From: an uncultured Gemmataceae bacterium
GTDB taxonomy: Bacteria > Planctomycetota > Planctomycetia > Gemmatales > Gemmataceae
Direction: 5' to 3'
NCBI GenBank assembly: GCA_963750165.1
Contig: CAVVPN010000011.1
Span: 1,216,001-1,280,000, forward strand
DNA: 64,000 nt
In this document: positions 23,257 to 34,333 of the stretch, piece by piece
Position numbering within the stretch: position 1 is the first letter of the stretch
How the letters are laid out: every line of letters begins with the position of its first letter
Program-made: the position numbers and the translations under genes
Notes under the pieces: model-generated
Seen by the model: only the letters and a program-made list of their open reading frames with translations
Told to the model about the DNA's origin: nothing
Databases searched by the model: none

Positions 23257-25089
23257 TCATTTCCCGGCCGCCGCGTGGTGCGGCTGGTGGTGCGCGCCGC
23301 CGTCGTGGCGGTCCACGGCCGGGCCGGTGGTGTGCGTCAGGTTGACCGCCGTGTTCACCAGGCCGACGTGCGAGAACGCCTGCGGGAAGTTGCCCACCAG
23401 CCGCTTCGCCTTCGGGTCGTACTCCTCTGACAGCAGCCCCACGTCGTTGCGCAGCGCCAGCAGTTGCTCGAAGCGCTGCTTCGCCTCGTCGGTGCGGCCC
23501 AGCAGGACCAGGTTGTCCACCAGCCAGAAACTGCACGCCAGGAACGCCCCCTCGCCCGGCGGCAGGCCGTCCACCCCGGTCGTCGTCGGGTAGCGCTGCA
23601 CGAAGCCGTCCTTGAGCAGGTCGTGCTCGATGGCCGCCACCGTGCCCGCCACGCGCGGGTCCGTCGCCGGCAGGAACCCCACCAGGGGAATCATCAGCAG
23701 GCTCGCGTCCGCCACCTTGGCCCCGTAGTACTGCACGAAGGTGTTGTGCCGGGCGTCAAACCCCTTCGCACAGACCTCGGCGTGAATGTCTGCGCGCGTC
23801 TGTCGCCAGCGATCCACCGGCCCGTCCAGGTCGAATTGCTCGGCACTCTTGATTAAGCGGTCGAAGGCCACCCAGGCCATGACCTTCGAGTGGGTGAAGT
23901 GCTGCCGGGGACCGCGCACCTCCCAGATGCCCTCGTCCGGCTGTTTCCAGGCAGTCTCCAGGTACTTCGCCAGGACGCCCTGCACCCGCCAGGCATCTTC
24001 CTGACCGTGGAGCCCCTTCCGCCGTGCCAGGTAGGCCGCGTCCATCATTTCGCCGAACACGTCCAGCTGAAATTGCTTGTAAGCCGCGTTGCCGATGCGC
24101 ACCGGTCTGGCGCCCTCGTAGCCCGGCAGCCAGTCCAGTTCGATCTCGGTCAACCGCCGCTCGCCAGCGATGCCGTACATGATGTTCAGCGCCTCCGGCT
24201 GCCCCGCCACCGCCCGCAGCAGCCACTCGCGCCAGGCCCGGGCCTCGTCCAGGTAGCCGCCGCCCATCAGCGCGTACAGCGTGAAGGTGGCGTCGCGCAC
24301 CCAGCAGAAACGGTAGTCCCAGTTGCGCACGCCACCGAGTTGCTCCGGCAGGGAGGTCGTCGCCGCCGCCACCATGCCGCCCGTCGGCGCGTAGGTCAGC
24401 GCCTTGAGCGTAATCAGCGACCGCAGCACCGCCTCGCGGTACGCCCCCTGATACTGACAGCGCTGCGACCACTCGCGCCACCAGTCCGCCGTCTTGCGAA
24501 CGGTCTCGGCGGGGTTCTTCAGGGGCGACGGCGGCGCCTCGTGGGACGGGTGCCAGCGCAGCACGAACGGCACCTCCTGGCCGGCGCTCACGGTGAACTC
24601 CGCCACCGTTGTGAAGTCCTGGCCGCGCAGCTCCACCGGTGTGTCCAGCAGCAGCGAATTGGGGCCGGCGATGGCGCGGATGCCGTGCTCCCGCCGGCGC
24701 ACCCAGGGTACGATGGAGCCGTAGTCGAAGCGGACGATCAGCTCCATGCGCATGGGCACCTGTCCGTGGCGACCGATCACCTGTCGCACCAGGTACGGTT
24801 CCCGGCTGCGCGGCGGCATGCAATCGACCAGCGTCACGGCTCCGTCGGCGGTCTCGAAGTCGGTCTCCAGCACGAGCGTGCCCTCGGTGTAGCGGCGGCG
24901 GACGGCACGCACCTCACCTCGCGGCGCCAGCAGCCAGCGGCCGTGCTGCGGTTCGCCGAGCAGGGCCGCGAAGCAGGCGCTGGAGTCGAAGCGCGGCAGA
25001 CACAGCCAGTCGATGGAGCCCTCCCGGCTCACCAGGGCCGCGGTATGGCAGTCACCGATCAGGGCGTAGTCCTCGATGCGCGCAGGCAT
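23257..25089 (-). CDS. Glycoside hydrolase family 15 (trehalase/glucoamylase-like)
   Basis: IEDYALIGDCHTAALV; AATTSLPE..GG.RNWDYRFCWVRD; GIWEVRG; GLLSEE; GNFPQAFSH. GGAGG RBS. Confidence 0.95.
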   Translation of the reverse strand: MPARIEDYALIGDCHTAALVSREGSIDWLCLPRFDSSACFAALLGEPQHGRWLLAPRGEVRAVRRRYTEGTLVLETDFETADGAVTLVDCMPPRSREPYLVRQVIGRHGQVPMRMELIVRFDYGSIVPWVRRREHGIRAIAGPNSLLLDTPVELRGQDFTTVAEFTVSAGQEVPFVLRWHPSHEAPPSPLKNPAETVRKTADWWREWSQRCQYQGAYREAVLRSLITLKALTYAPTGGMVAAATTSLPEQLGGVRNWDYRFCWVRDATFTLYALMGGGYLDEARAWREWLLRAVAGQPEALNIMYGIAGERRLTEIELDWLPGYEGARPVRIGNAAYKQFQLDVFGEMMDAAYLARRKGLHGQEDAWRVQGVLAKYLETAWKQPDEGIWEVRGPRQHFTHSKVMAWVAFDRLIKSAEQFDLDGPVDRWRQTRADIHAEVCAKGFDARHNTFVQYYGAKVADASLLMIPLVGFLPATDPRVAGTVAAIEHDLLKDGFVQRYPTTTGVDGLPPGEGAFLACSFWLVDNLVLLGRTDEAKQRFEQLLALRNDVGLLSEEYDPKAKRLVGNFPQAFSHVGLVNTAVNLTHTTGPAVDRHDGGAHHQPHHAAAGK

Positions 25090-25139
25090 GGCAACCTCCA
25101 TGACTCAGTGGGCGATCTCGATTCGGTTCAAATACAGAA

Positions 25140-25154
25140 GCAGGTATCGTGCCA
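25140..25154 (-). promoter_or_regulatory. Candidate sigma-54 promoter for the GH15 gene
   Basis: Minus strand TGGCAC-GATAC-CTGC (-24/-12 spacing) about 50 nt upstream of the ATG. Confidence 0.6.
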
Positions 25155-25161
25155 AATCGCG

Positions 25162-25716
25162 TCAGCCGTTGTCCAGATCCGCCAGCCGCCGCGCTGCCTT
25201 CAGGATCAGTACACAACTCGGTGCGTGCGTGATGCGCCCGTCCATGACCGCCGTCACCGCCTCCGCCAGCGTCATCGTCACGCGACGAATCTCCTCCGTG
25301 CCCTCGTGCCGCGTCTCGCCGAAGCGCAGGCCACGCGCCAGATACAGGTGCGTCGGCGACAGCAGCATCGACGTGAACGGATCGACGCAGCCCAGGTGCG
25401 TCCACTCCGCGGCCTCAATGCCCAGTTCCTCGCGAAGCTCGCGCTGGGCCGCGGCCAGCGGCGCCTCGTCGCCGTCACGGCCGCCGCTGGCCACCTCCAA
25501 CGACGGCCGGCCGATGGCGTAGCGAAACTCTTCCGTCAGGTGCGCGGTGCCCGCGTCGTCCACCGCCAGCACCGACACGCCGAACTGCACGCGAATCACC
25601 GTGTAAGTCCCTGGCTGGCCGTCGGGCCGAATCACGTCGTCCTGCGTCACCCGCACCCAGGGATCCTCGTGGATTTCGCGCGTCGCCCGGATTTTCCACG
25701 GGCCGTGTTCCTTCAT
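25162..25716 (-). CDS. NUDIX hydrolase (ADP-ribose pyrophosphatase-like)
   Basis: Nudix box GGRDGDEAPLAAAQRELREELG; DDVIRPDG; EGTEEI. Confidence 0.9.
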   Translation of the reverse strand: MKEHGPWKIRATREIHEDPWVRVTQDDVIRPDGQPGTYTVIRVQFGVSVLAVDDAGTAHLTEEFRYAIGRPSLEVASGGRDGDEAPLAAAQRELREELGIEAAEWTHLGCVDPFTSMLLSPTHLYLARGLRFGETRHEGTEEIRRVTMTLAEAVTAVMDGRITHAPSCVLILKAARRLADLDNG

Positions 25717-25937
25717 TGCTCCTCCCGCTCAGTTCAGAAAGCGCTGCCACTCCGCCGGGGCGGCTTCTCTCCTAGCGTATGCCTTCCGAGGTAAACAACA
25801 CCTGCCAACCTGGCTCCGAATCCAATTGCCGCGCCTTCCCCGGGCGGTTATTTTCGTGGTATGCACGATGTCACGCACATCCTGGACGCGCATGCTGCGC
25901 CTGCCCTGCGTGAACCGCTCGAAGGCGAGCGTCGCGG

Positions 25938-27286
25938 TCAGGGGAGGGGGCTCAAGAAGTCAACGACCAGATTGGCGCCGGCCTTCACGGGGATCGTGCG
26001 CGTTTGCTGCACGGGCTGGCCGTTCTCGGTCCAGCGGGCGCGAATCGAGTACGTGTAATTCGACCCCGCCTCGAGCGCCGGGGTGACGAACACCCGCTGC
26101 GTCCCCGTCTGCGTGGTCGGGCTGCCGTCGAAAAAGACATCGGCGTCCGCCGGCACCCGAACCGTGAGTTTGGCCGACCCCTTTTCCACCGGGGGCGGTT
26201 CCCCGTTGTCGGCCGGGGCCGCCGGGGCCTTCATGTCCTGCTCCTGGATGCGGACCAGCAGCCACTGCTGCGTGCGGTCCTTGCCGAAGTGGATGAGCAA
26301 CGGGCTCTCCTCCTTCGTGAGGTTATAAATGCCCGTGTCGTAGACGGTGTCCTTCTGGTCGCCGACGATCCAGCTGGCCCGCTGCGTTTTCTTGTCCACA
26401 GCGCCGCGCACGGGCAGGGTGGTGTTGGTGAAGACGTTGTAATAATTGCCGCGAATGATCCCGTCCTTGTTCACCGCCAGCTGGAAGACCGCGCTGGTGT
26501 CGGTCTGTTCGCCCTGGACCAGCGAAAAGACCCCGAGCGGTTGCCACTTCTCCTCCTTCGCGGGCGGCGGGGCGACGGGGGCGGACTGGGCCAGGTCGGC
26601 CGCTTGCTGGTAATACACGGCCGCCGTGGGGCCAGGCTGGTCATCGACGTACACCTGATCGCCCTGGTAGACGATGTTGGTGCCGTAATCGAAGTACACG
26701 GGCGCCGCCGACCAACCGAACCAGTTCGTGAGGGTGAACGGGGTCGCCCAGCCCCAGGCGTTCGCGGCGGTCCAACCGAAGGGCCGCCACGCCCCCGGAT
26801 GGGCGCCCCACCAGCCCGCGTTAAAGGCCCCGTACTGATAGTATCCGCCCCGCACGGCTGCCCCCGCGCCGCCAGCACGGCGGGGGAATAGGCCCTGGTA
26901 AGATTGCCGGCCGCCACGTAACTGCGCGGCCCTCCCACACCAGCGACACGGCCGAAGCCGAAGTCGGTCGCCACGCTGGCGCCCCCGGCACGGTAGCCGC
27001 CCACGGCGGGAGCACGGTAGCCGCCCACGGCGGGAGCACGGTAGCCGCCCACGGCGGGGGCACGGTAGCCGCCCACGGCGGGGGCACGGTAGCCGCCCAC
27101 GGCGGGGGCACGGTAGCCGCCCACGGCGCCCGCGTGGACGCCGCCGACCTCGACGCCGCGGACACCACCGGCGGAAACACCGCCCGCGCGAAAACCACCC
27201 CCGCCGCGCCCGAAGGCAAAGGCGGGACCGGCGCTAACGAACAGGAACGCGACGGCGAACAGAACCCGGGCCTGACTGTGTTTCAT
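25938..27286 (-). CDS. Secreted Gly-rich protein with C-terminal TIGR03000 domain (frameshift in G-run near 26863)
   Basis: Signal peptide MKHSQARVLFAVAFLFVSAGPAFA; GGYRAPAV repeats; W-rich segment; WQPLGVFSL...QLAVNKDGIIRGNY; LTVRVPADADVFFDG..T.QTG..RVFVTPAL. Confidence 0.82.
26988..27128 (-). repeat. Six tandem copies of a 24-nt coding repeat (AVGGYRAP)
   Basis: gcacggtagccgcccacggcg recurs at 26988, 27012, 27036, 27060, 27084 and 27108, with no spacers. Confidence 0.95.
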
Positions 27287-27321
27287 GGAAATCTCCTTCG
27301 CTGAATTGGTGTTCCCGTGGT

Positions 27322-28287
27322 TTACTTCTTGGTCTTCACCCGAGTCGCCTTGATGAGCGCCGTGTCCGGCAGACGGACCTGGTTCACGCTGCGCTGCACC
27401 GACTGCCAGTTGAAGTTGTCGTGGTCCAGGGGGGTCAGGACGTTGACGGTCTCGGCTTCCGCGCCGTCGCGCGCGATGGCGTTGGCCTCCAGCACCCAGC
27501 GCTTGCCGTCTCGGGTCCACAATTCCGAACCGAAGCCGCCGTCCGAGTCGAACACCCACGAGCGAATCTTGCCGGCCACGGGATCCCAGCCGATGATCTG
27601 TATCCCCGTCTTGGTGGCGCCGTCCGCCGCCGTCAGGGTGTACTTGCGGATCAGGAAGTTGCGCTTCGCCGTCCACTCGCACACCAGTTCCAGCGTTTTG
27701 CCGTCGTGCTTGGCCGTCCAGGTGCCGACCAGCCACTCCAGGTCGCGCAGCCGGTCGTAGTTCGAGGCGGAGACGTACGGCGCCTCGCGCACACTGGCCA
27801 TCAGCCATTTGCCGTCGCGTTTGGTGTGGACAATGTTGTAGGCGGCGCTGTTGGAGGATCCGTCGGCGCGCGTCAGGCGCGTGGAGCCGGCCTCCAGGGC
27901 GACGGCGGGGCTGATGAACCGCAAGGTGTCCGTGTTGACTTCGAGTTTCACCCCTTTCTCCTGGGTGAAGAAGGTGGCGAACTCCTTCTCAATGATCTTC
28001 CGGCCCCGGAAGGACTTCCCCTCTGCGTCCACGAACTCGCCGTCCGGCGCCCAGAAGGCGGCCAGCGCCCTGGCGTCGCCAGCGTTGAACGCCTTCACGT
28101 AGGCTGCCTGGAATTGCCGCAGCGCCTTTTCATCGTCCGCGGTCGCCGGGGCCTTCACCGTCGGGGCCTGTCCAATGCGCTCGTCTGCCGCGGTGGTGCC
28201 CGCGGTCCGAACGGCCAGGTAACCTCCGGCGCCCGTCGCGACCAGGGCCGCGACCAGGAATAAAACCCTGTGCCAGTGTGTCCGCAT
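27322..28287 (-). CDS. SgcJ/EcaC-like (NTF2/DUF4440) secreted protein
   Basis: YVKAFNAGDARALAAFWAPDGEF; KRDGKWLMASVRE; LRDLEWLVGTW; QIIGWDP...IRSWVFDSDGGFG. Confidence 0.85.
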   Translation of the reverse strand: MRTHWHRVLFLVAALVATGAGGYLAVRTAGTTAADERIGQAPTVKAPATADDEKALRQFQAAYVKAFNAGDARALAAFWAPDGEFVDAEGKSFRGRKIIEKEFATFFTQEKGVKLEVNTDTLRFISPAVALEAGSTRLTRADGSSNSAAYNIVHTKRDGKWLMASVREAPYVSASNYDRLRDLEWLVGTWTAKHDGKTLELVCEWTAKRNFLIRKYTLTAADGATKTGIQIIGWDPVAGKIRSWVFDSDGGFGSELWTRDGKRWVLEANAIARDGAEAETVNVLTPLDHDNFNWQSVQRSVNQVRLPDTALIKATRVKTKK

Positions 28288-28751
28288 GATGTTGACTCCC
28301 TTGCCTGTGACGCGAATTGATCCACGCCCTACCAGGACGCTACATCCAGTTGAGGAAGACCGGGGGCATCCGGTTTTCCAGGAAGACGGCGACCGCGCGG
28401 CAGCCATTCGAGAAGCACGCATCCGGTCAGGTTGCGTCTCGGCGGCGTGCGCCCGGCTGACACGGAGGAGTAGCAGTAGTTGCCGAGCAAAAAGACTTGA
28501 CCGTCCGCCAGGAGGCCACGCTGGTCGTCTTGGTTTCGTCCCAGTGTGGGCCCAAGCTGTGCAGAATGGGGGCAAAGTCGCCGACCATTACCAGGTTGAG
28601 CAAATCGCCCTCTACCGTTTGTTTACGGTTCGTCGTGCTGCGCGGCAGCGCCGCGCGTCGCCGCCGCGTTGGTGGGAACCGGGCTTCCACAGGTCAGGGG
28701 GCGGCGCGGTAGGGTGGGGGAAAGATTCCTCAACAGGTGGGAAGGATGCCT

Positions 28752-28900
28752 ATGAAATCACCATTTCCCGGCATGGACCCTTACATCGAGGCGTGTGGCC
28801 TGTGGGAGGGGTTCCACAATCTCGACTACACCCGGCCGTTGTGCGCGAGCTGCTGAAGGACCGCGTTCCGCCTGCGGCCGGCAAGGGCCGTCCTCTGTAA
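28752..28900 (+). pseudogene. Internally deleted DUF4058-family gene remnant
   Basis: GGAAGGA RBS; MKSPFPGMDPYIEACGLWEGFHN joined directly to LDYTRP.../VRELLKDR..., i.e. the typical start and end of this family only. Confidence 0.7.
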
Positions 28901-29057
28901 CGTTCCCATTCGTCAACGCGGTTAGCGCCCCGCGTTAAGGGCAACTGACAACCGCCCCCGCACCGTGCGCCGCCCCCCGCCAGTTCCGTTCCGCAAGTTG
29001 CTATAAACAAATCAAGTTATGTTTATTTGCTGGAAATGATCGCCGGGATGGAACCGG

Positions 29058-29072
29058 CGGCACGGCTCTTGC
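29058..29072 (+). promoter_or_regulatory. Candidate sigma-54 promoter for the PEP-CTERM gene
   Basis: CGGCAC-GGCTC-TTGC about 110 nt before ATG 29181, preceded by an AT-rich stretch. Confidence 0.65.
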
Positions 29073-29180
29073 GTCAAAGTTGTGTGTTTGGGTCTGACTG
29101 ACCGAGTTGTCCACCCTACCCGGAACGGCAGCCGCCCCCTGAGCGGTCAGGGACGCGGTACCACAGAGAAGGTGCGATCC

Positions 29181-29813
29181 ATGAAGCGACTCCTCACGGC
29201 GTCCGCCGTGCTGGCGCTGCTATTTGCAGCGACAGCGCCGGCGCGAGCCGGCATCATTTTCAGCGACTTCGGCTCCGGCCAGAGCTGCAGTAACGTCTCC
29301 TACAACGTCTCCAGCACCAGCGTGATGGCCCAGTCGTTCACCCCGAACGCCGATTACACGTTGACCTCGCTGTCCCTGGCGCTGTGGCTCAACACCGGGC
29401 CGGACAGCGCGATCGTGAGTTTGTGCGCCGACAACGCAGGCGTCCCGGGGTCGATCCTGGAGAGCTTCATCGCCACCAGCCTGACGGCGACCTCGGCGGT
29501 GTACACCTTCATGGAGACGCCGGGCGTGCAGCTGCACCAGGGGACGCAGTACTGGGTCGTGGTCGGCGGCCCTGGCATGTCGTCGAGCACGGTCGTCGCC
29601 TGGAACGAGAACGTGACCAGCACTCGCGGCTTTACGAGCAGCATGAATGGCGGCACGACCTGGAACGCATTCGGCACGCCGTTGTCGGCAGCATTCGAGG
29701 TCGATGGCCAACTCGTGAGTCCCACGCCGGAGCCTACCAGCCTCGGTCTGCTGGCCGTCGGTGCCGCGGGCATGCTGGGCTACGGCTGGAAACGGCGCCG
29801 CCGCGGCGCGTGA
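29181..29813 (+). CDS. PEP-CTERM sorting domain protein (choice-of-anchor R-like)
   Basis: Signal peptide ending ARAG; AQSFTP...LTSLSLAL...DNAGVPG..LE...GTQYWVV; C-terminal TPEPTSLGLLAVGAAGMLGYGWKRRRR. Confidence 0.92.
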   Translation: MKRLLTASAVLALLFAATAPARAGIIFSDFGSGQSCSNVSYNVSSTSVMAQSFTPNADYTLTSLSLALWLNTGPDSAIVSLCADNAGVPGSILESFIATSLTATSAVYTFMETPGVQLHQGTQYWVVVGGPGMSSSTVVAWNENVTSTRGFTSSMNGGTTWNAFGTPLSAAFEVDGQLVSPTPEPTSLGLLAVGAAGMLGYGWKRRRRGA

Positions 29814-29821
29814 ACGCCGTG

Positions 29822-29888
29822 TTTTCGTAGTGCGGGCGGCCCGCCTGCGCGGGGAGTGTGTGCAGACGGGCCGCCCGCACTACGAAAA
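29822..29888. repeat. GTAG-type palindromic REP-like element / terminator
   Basis: ttttcgtagtgcgggcggcccg ... cgggccgcccgcactacgaaaa. Confidence 0.7.
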
Positions 29889-29996
29889 AGCGATAACGCA
29901 CAGGCGCATCCTTTTATGAGCTTGACACGGATTGTTGGGACGGTATGGTGCAGCCCTTCCCAACAACCGAAGTCCGCGAAGCAAAAGGAGCAGACC

Positions 29997-30398
29997 ATGC
30001 GTCGATTCCTGAGTCTGGGTGCGTTCCTGGGCGTGTTGGCGGCCGTGACGGGCGTGCAGGCCCAGCAGCCGGTGGGTTCGTTCACCGCGGTCAATCCGCG
30101 CACCATTACGTTCCAGCGCCTCGACACCGGCCAGACCGCCAGCCCCGTCAACCTTGCCAACATGCTCCGCACTCCGACGCAGCCGACGCCCTTCAGCCTG
30201 ACCAACGTCTTCCACAATTTTACGATGCCGAGCTGGCCGCCGCGCATCGCCACCTCCACCCCCGTGGTGCCGCCGCAGAACAACATGATTCAGCCCAACC
30301 AGTACCCCAAATTAAACCCCTTCCCCACCACCCCGTCGTACCCGCTGCAGAACAATCCGTACATTATCACTCGCCCGTCGAACCTTGTGTCTCAGTGA
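29997..30398 (+). CDS. Hypothetical secreted Pro/Asn-rich protein
   Basis: AGGAG RBS; signal peptide MRRFLSLGAFLGVLAAVTGVQA. Confidence 0.7.
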   Translation: MRRFLSLGAFLGVLAAVTGVQAQQPVGSFTAVNPRTITFQRLDTGQTASPVNLANMLRTPTQPTPFSLTNVFHNFTMPSWPPRIATSTPVVPPQNNMIQPNQYPKLNPFPTTPSYPLQNNPYIITRPSNLVSQ

Positions 30399-30422
30399 CC
30401 TCGGAACCCGGCGGAAGCAGTC

Positions 30423-31007
30423 ATGGTTTACCTCTCGCGCATCTACACCAAAACCGGCGACCAGGGCGACACCAGTTTGGGCGACGGCAGCCGCGTCGCC
30501 AAGGACCACCCGCGCGTCGCCGCCTATGGCACCGTCGATGAGTTGAACGCCGTCCTCGGCCTGCTGCTGGCCCAGCCAGCAGCGGAGCCGGAGGCGGCCG
30601 AGATCACCGAGTTGCTGCGTAGCGTGCAGAACGACCTGTTCGACGTGGGCGGCGACCTGTGCCGCCCGCAGCCGTCCGACGAGCCGCCGGGCCAGCGCCT
30701 GCGCGTGCGGCCGGAGCAGGTGCAGCGCCTCGAAGCGGCCATCGACCGCCACAACGACGCACTGCAACCGCTGCGCAGTTTCGTGCTGCCGGGCGGCAGC
30801 CTCCGGGCGGCGTGGTGCCACCTGGCGCGGACGGTGTGCCGCCGTGCCGAGCGCGCGGTCGTGACGCTGCTGCGGCAAGAGGCGGTCAATCCGCAGGCGC
30901 TGGTGTACTTGAATCGGCTGTCGGACCTGCTGTTCGTGCTGGCCCGCGTCTGCAACCGCCAGGGGCAGGATGATGTACTGTGGGTGCCGGGCAAAACACA
31001 GCAGTAA
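30423..31007 (+). CDS. pduO: ATP:cob(I)alamin adenosyltransferase, PduO type
   Basis: IYTKTGDQGDTSL; RVAAYGTVDELNA; QNDLFDVG; FVLPGG; RTVCRRAER; YLNRLSDLLFVLAR. Confidence 0.95.
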   Translation: MVYLSRIYTKTGDQGDTSLGDGSRVAKDHPRVAAYGTVDELNAVLGLLLAQPAAEPEAAEITELLRSVQNDLFDVGGDLCRPQPSDEPPGQRLRVRPEQVQRLEAAIDRHNDALQPLRSFVLPGGSLRAAWCHLARTVCRRAERAVVTLLRQEAVNPQALVYLNRLSDLLFVLARVCNRQGQDDVLWVPGKTQQ

Positions 31008-31012
31008 GTGCT

Positions 31013-31178
31013 ACCGGACAATACGGACCCCGTTGTTAGAGCGCGTTGCGTTCGGGTGTGGCGGGTTCTTCGCCCCTTCGGGGCGAAAGACACGACCGCT
31101 ACAGTCCTCTGCGAACCGCTCCAGTTTCGCGGGGACTCTGCCCGCGCGAAACTAAAAACGGGGTCCGTATTGTCCGGT
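31013..31178. mobile_element. Composite miniature element: long inverted-repeat element interrupted by a MITE-like insert
   Basis: 22-bp perfect IR accggacaatacggaccccgtt (31013-31034 / 31157-31178). Internal 31037-31101 matches both ends of the element at 36331-36588. Confidence 0.75.
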
Positions 31179-31182
31179 TTTT

Positions 31183-33980
31183 TCACTTCCCCGCGCCAAC
31201 CCGCTGCAGTGCCTCCGCCGCCACGGTGCGCACATGCGGGAAGGGGTCGCGCTCATTCACCATCTGCAAATCCACCGTGGCGTCCCGTGCCGCCGGCCCG
31301 ATCCGGCCCAGCGCTGCCGCCGCGCACGTCCGCAGCAGCACGTCATCGTCCTTCAGCGCGAACTTCAACGCCGACAACTCCGCCACGGCGTCCGGCCCGA
31401 TCCGGCCCAGCGCTTCCGCGGCCAGCACCCGCAGGCGCTGGTTCACGGGATCGGCTTCACGCCGGATGCGCAGGTGATTGCCCAGCGCCTGCACCGTGGC
31501 GGCGTCCTTCGGGGCCAGGGCCACAAGCGTGCGGCCAGCCTCGACTACGTACAGCACATCCTCCGGTCGCAGGACGGTTCGCTGCGTCAGGGCGACCAGG
31601 GCCGGCGCCGCGTCGGGACCGATGGCGCACGCGCCCGGGTGAAGGTTTGCGGGTTCGCTTCCAGGCCGCCGTCCAGGCTGCTCAGAGCCGCCCGCAATGT
31701 CGGGATGGCCTTCGCGGCCGACGGGCCCAGCCTTTCCAGTGTCTCCGCCAGGTCGTTGGTCAACCGCCCGGCCAGCAATACGGCCAGCAATTCCTCGGAG
31801 CGCGCCGCGGCGGCCTGTAGTTCTGCAAACCGAGCGGCCAGCGCCAGCGTCAAAAATTGCTCGTGCCACTCCTGGTCCGCCAGCAGCAGCAGCGGCTCCG
31901 CGGCCCGGATGCGAATGTACGGGCTCTGGTCCTTGAGCAACGGCTGCAGCGCCGGCACGAACTCCTTCGCCGCCGGCCCCAGGTGCCGCACCACATCCAC
32001 CGCCGCCGAACGCAGGGGCACGCCCTCGACCAGCTCGTTGCCCGACAGCAGGGCGCTGCGCAGCACGTCGGCGGCGCCCTGCGCCTGCGTCGGGCCGATC
32101 CGCAGCAGTGCTTCCGCCGCGGTCAGGCGCAGGATTTTGTCCGGGCTCTGCAGGGCCTGGCGCAGCGCGGGCACTGCCTCCTTCGCCGCCGGGCCAATGG
32201 CGGCCAGCGCGTGCGCCGCCACGCGCGGCAGCCGTCCCGGCGGCCCGGCCAGCAGGTCGCGCAGCGGCGGCACTGCCTCCTTCGCGTCGGGGCCGATTTT
32301 CGTCAGGGCCTGGGCCGCCCACAATCGCGTGCCCTCCGCCGGGTGGTGCAGGAGTGCCGTCAGGTCCGGCACCGCCTCCTTTGCCGCCGGGCCGAGCAGG
32401 CTCAGCACCCAGGCGGCGCGGTCGATCACCCTGGCGTCCGGCTCGCGCAGCAGCGCCCGCAGCGTCGGCACCGCCTCCGGCCCGACCGCTGCCAGCGCGA
32501 AGCCAGCCTCGTCGGAAACGGGATCGTCGGTCAGGCGCAACATCTTGCCCAGCGCGGGGGCCGCTTCGCGGGCGGCCGGACCGAGCCGGCCCAGCACGCG
32601 CACCGCCAGGAGGCGCGCCCGGCCGCTCGGATCCTGAACCAGCGCCGCCAGCAGCGGCACCGTGTCCGGCCCCATGTTTTCCAGAGCCGTGGCGATTAGC
32701 TCCTGGTCGGCGGCGTTCAGCCTCGGGTCGCGCAGTACGGCGGCCAGTGTGGGCGCCGCCTGCTTGCCAGCGGGACCGAGCCGGCTCAGCTGCGTCGCGG
32801 CCGCGAACCAGCCGGACGCCTGGCAATCATGGAGCATCCGGAACTGACCGAACAGTCCCACCCCTTCAAACTCGGCCTTGCGGGTGTCCTGCAGGTCGTC
32901 GCGCACCACCTGTACCAGGCCAGCCACGCCCGGCGGCCCCATCCGCAGCAGCGCCAGCGCCGCCGTGGGATACAGCGTGGCGTCGCCGCCACGGAGGATG
33001 GCGACCAGGTCCGGCACCGCCTCGGCGGCCGCGGGGCGCAGGCGGCCCAGCACCTCCAGGGCCGCGCGGCGCGCGTCCGCTCCGGCGCTGGCGTCCGCGG
33101 CCAGCGCTCGCAGTCCCGACAGCGCCGCCGGGCCGAGTTGCCGCAGCGCCACCGCCGCCTGGGCGCGGACGCCGGGGTCGGACTCCCGCAGCGCGGCCAC
33201 GTACACCGGCGCCTGGTCCGGCTGCGGGCCGAGACGGATGAGCACTTCCAGGGCGCGGCGGCGCAGGCTGCCGTCGGGTTCGCGGAGCAGGGCGAGCAGG
33301 TGTGGCGTGGCGTCCGCGGCGTGCGGCGGGTCGATCTCCAGCAGCAGCAGGGCCAGGCGCGGCCGCTCGGCGACGTAGCGCGGGTCGCGCAGGGCGGCGC
33401 TCAGGCCGGGCGTGGCTCCGGGGCCCCAGCGGTGCAGCTCGAAGTTGGCGAAGCGGTGCAGGTCGGGGTCGGAGCTGGTGAAGGCGGCGATCAGCGGCGG
33501 CAGTGCCGCGGGGCCGATGCGGTGCAGGGCCTGGCCGATGGTCTCGTGAGTGGGCGCGATTTCGGTCTTGACTGCCGCGACCAGCGCCGCCACCGCCGGG
33601 CCCTGGAGACGCTCCAGGGCGGCCTCGGCGGCGTTGCGCTGCGACGGATACAGCGTCTGGCTGTCCGCGATCAGCACGTGAATCGCCGCGGCGCGGTTCC
33701 GGGCGCTGACGCTCACCAGCCGATCCGCGGCGGCGATCCGGGTGAAGGGGTCCGCGTCCTGCAGCGCCCGCCGCAGCGCGTCCAGCTCAGCCGCAGGCAC
33801 TGTTTCCTCCGCCTCGTGGGCGGCGTCGAAGGGTTCGTCACGCGGATTGCTCGGCGGCGTCGGGTCGAGTACGGTCGTCGATTCGTCAGGCCCCGGCCGC
33901 GTGACCAGCCACACCACCAGGCCGCCCGCCAGGGCCAGCACCGCCGCCCCGGCACACATCCACTGCGTTCGCCGTCGCAT
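31183..33980 (-). CDS. Membrane-anchored HEAT/PBS-lyase repeat protein (frameshift near 31630)
   Basis: N-terminal TM; many LGPAAKEAVPAL-type repeats; repeats continue in a second frame (AIGPDAAPALVAL...AAEALGRIGPDA) to the stop at 31183. Confidence 0.88.
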
Positions 33981-34333
33981 TGGGTTCCTCCTTGAACACC
34001 TCCTTGCCCCAGCGCCCCGATGTTTACCAGAACGCGCTGAAAAAAGCTGCCCCGATTCTGGTCGCCGCTCCGGGGGCGCGGCCGCCGCGAGCCCGGCATC
34101 GCCCGTTCAATTACCCCATTTTCCCACAGCATCCCGAAAGATGGCCCTGAAAATCCTTGCAGTACCCCACCGCCGGGTTACAATCGCAGATGTTGCGTTC
34201 TCGACCGATCCGCGGGCCTTTGCCAGTTCCACCCGTTTCCTTGGGGACGCATCGCCCGGTTGGCTCTCTTCTTTTCTCGTTAGGGCCCGCGCACGGCAGG
34301 ACGCCAGGGCGCACGGCCGGAAAGGTACGTTGC

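Noticed and set aside
26988..27128. Possible CRISPR array
   Set aside because: Repeats are head-to-tail with no spacers, in frame within a CDS, and no cas genes are present.
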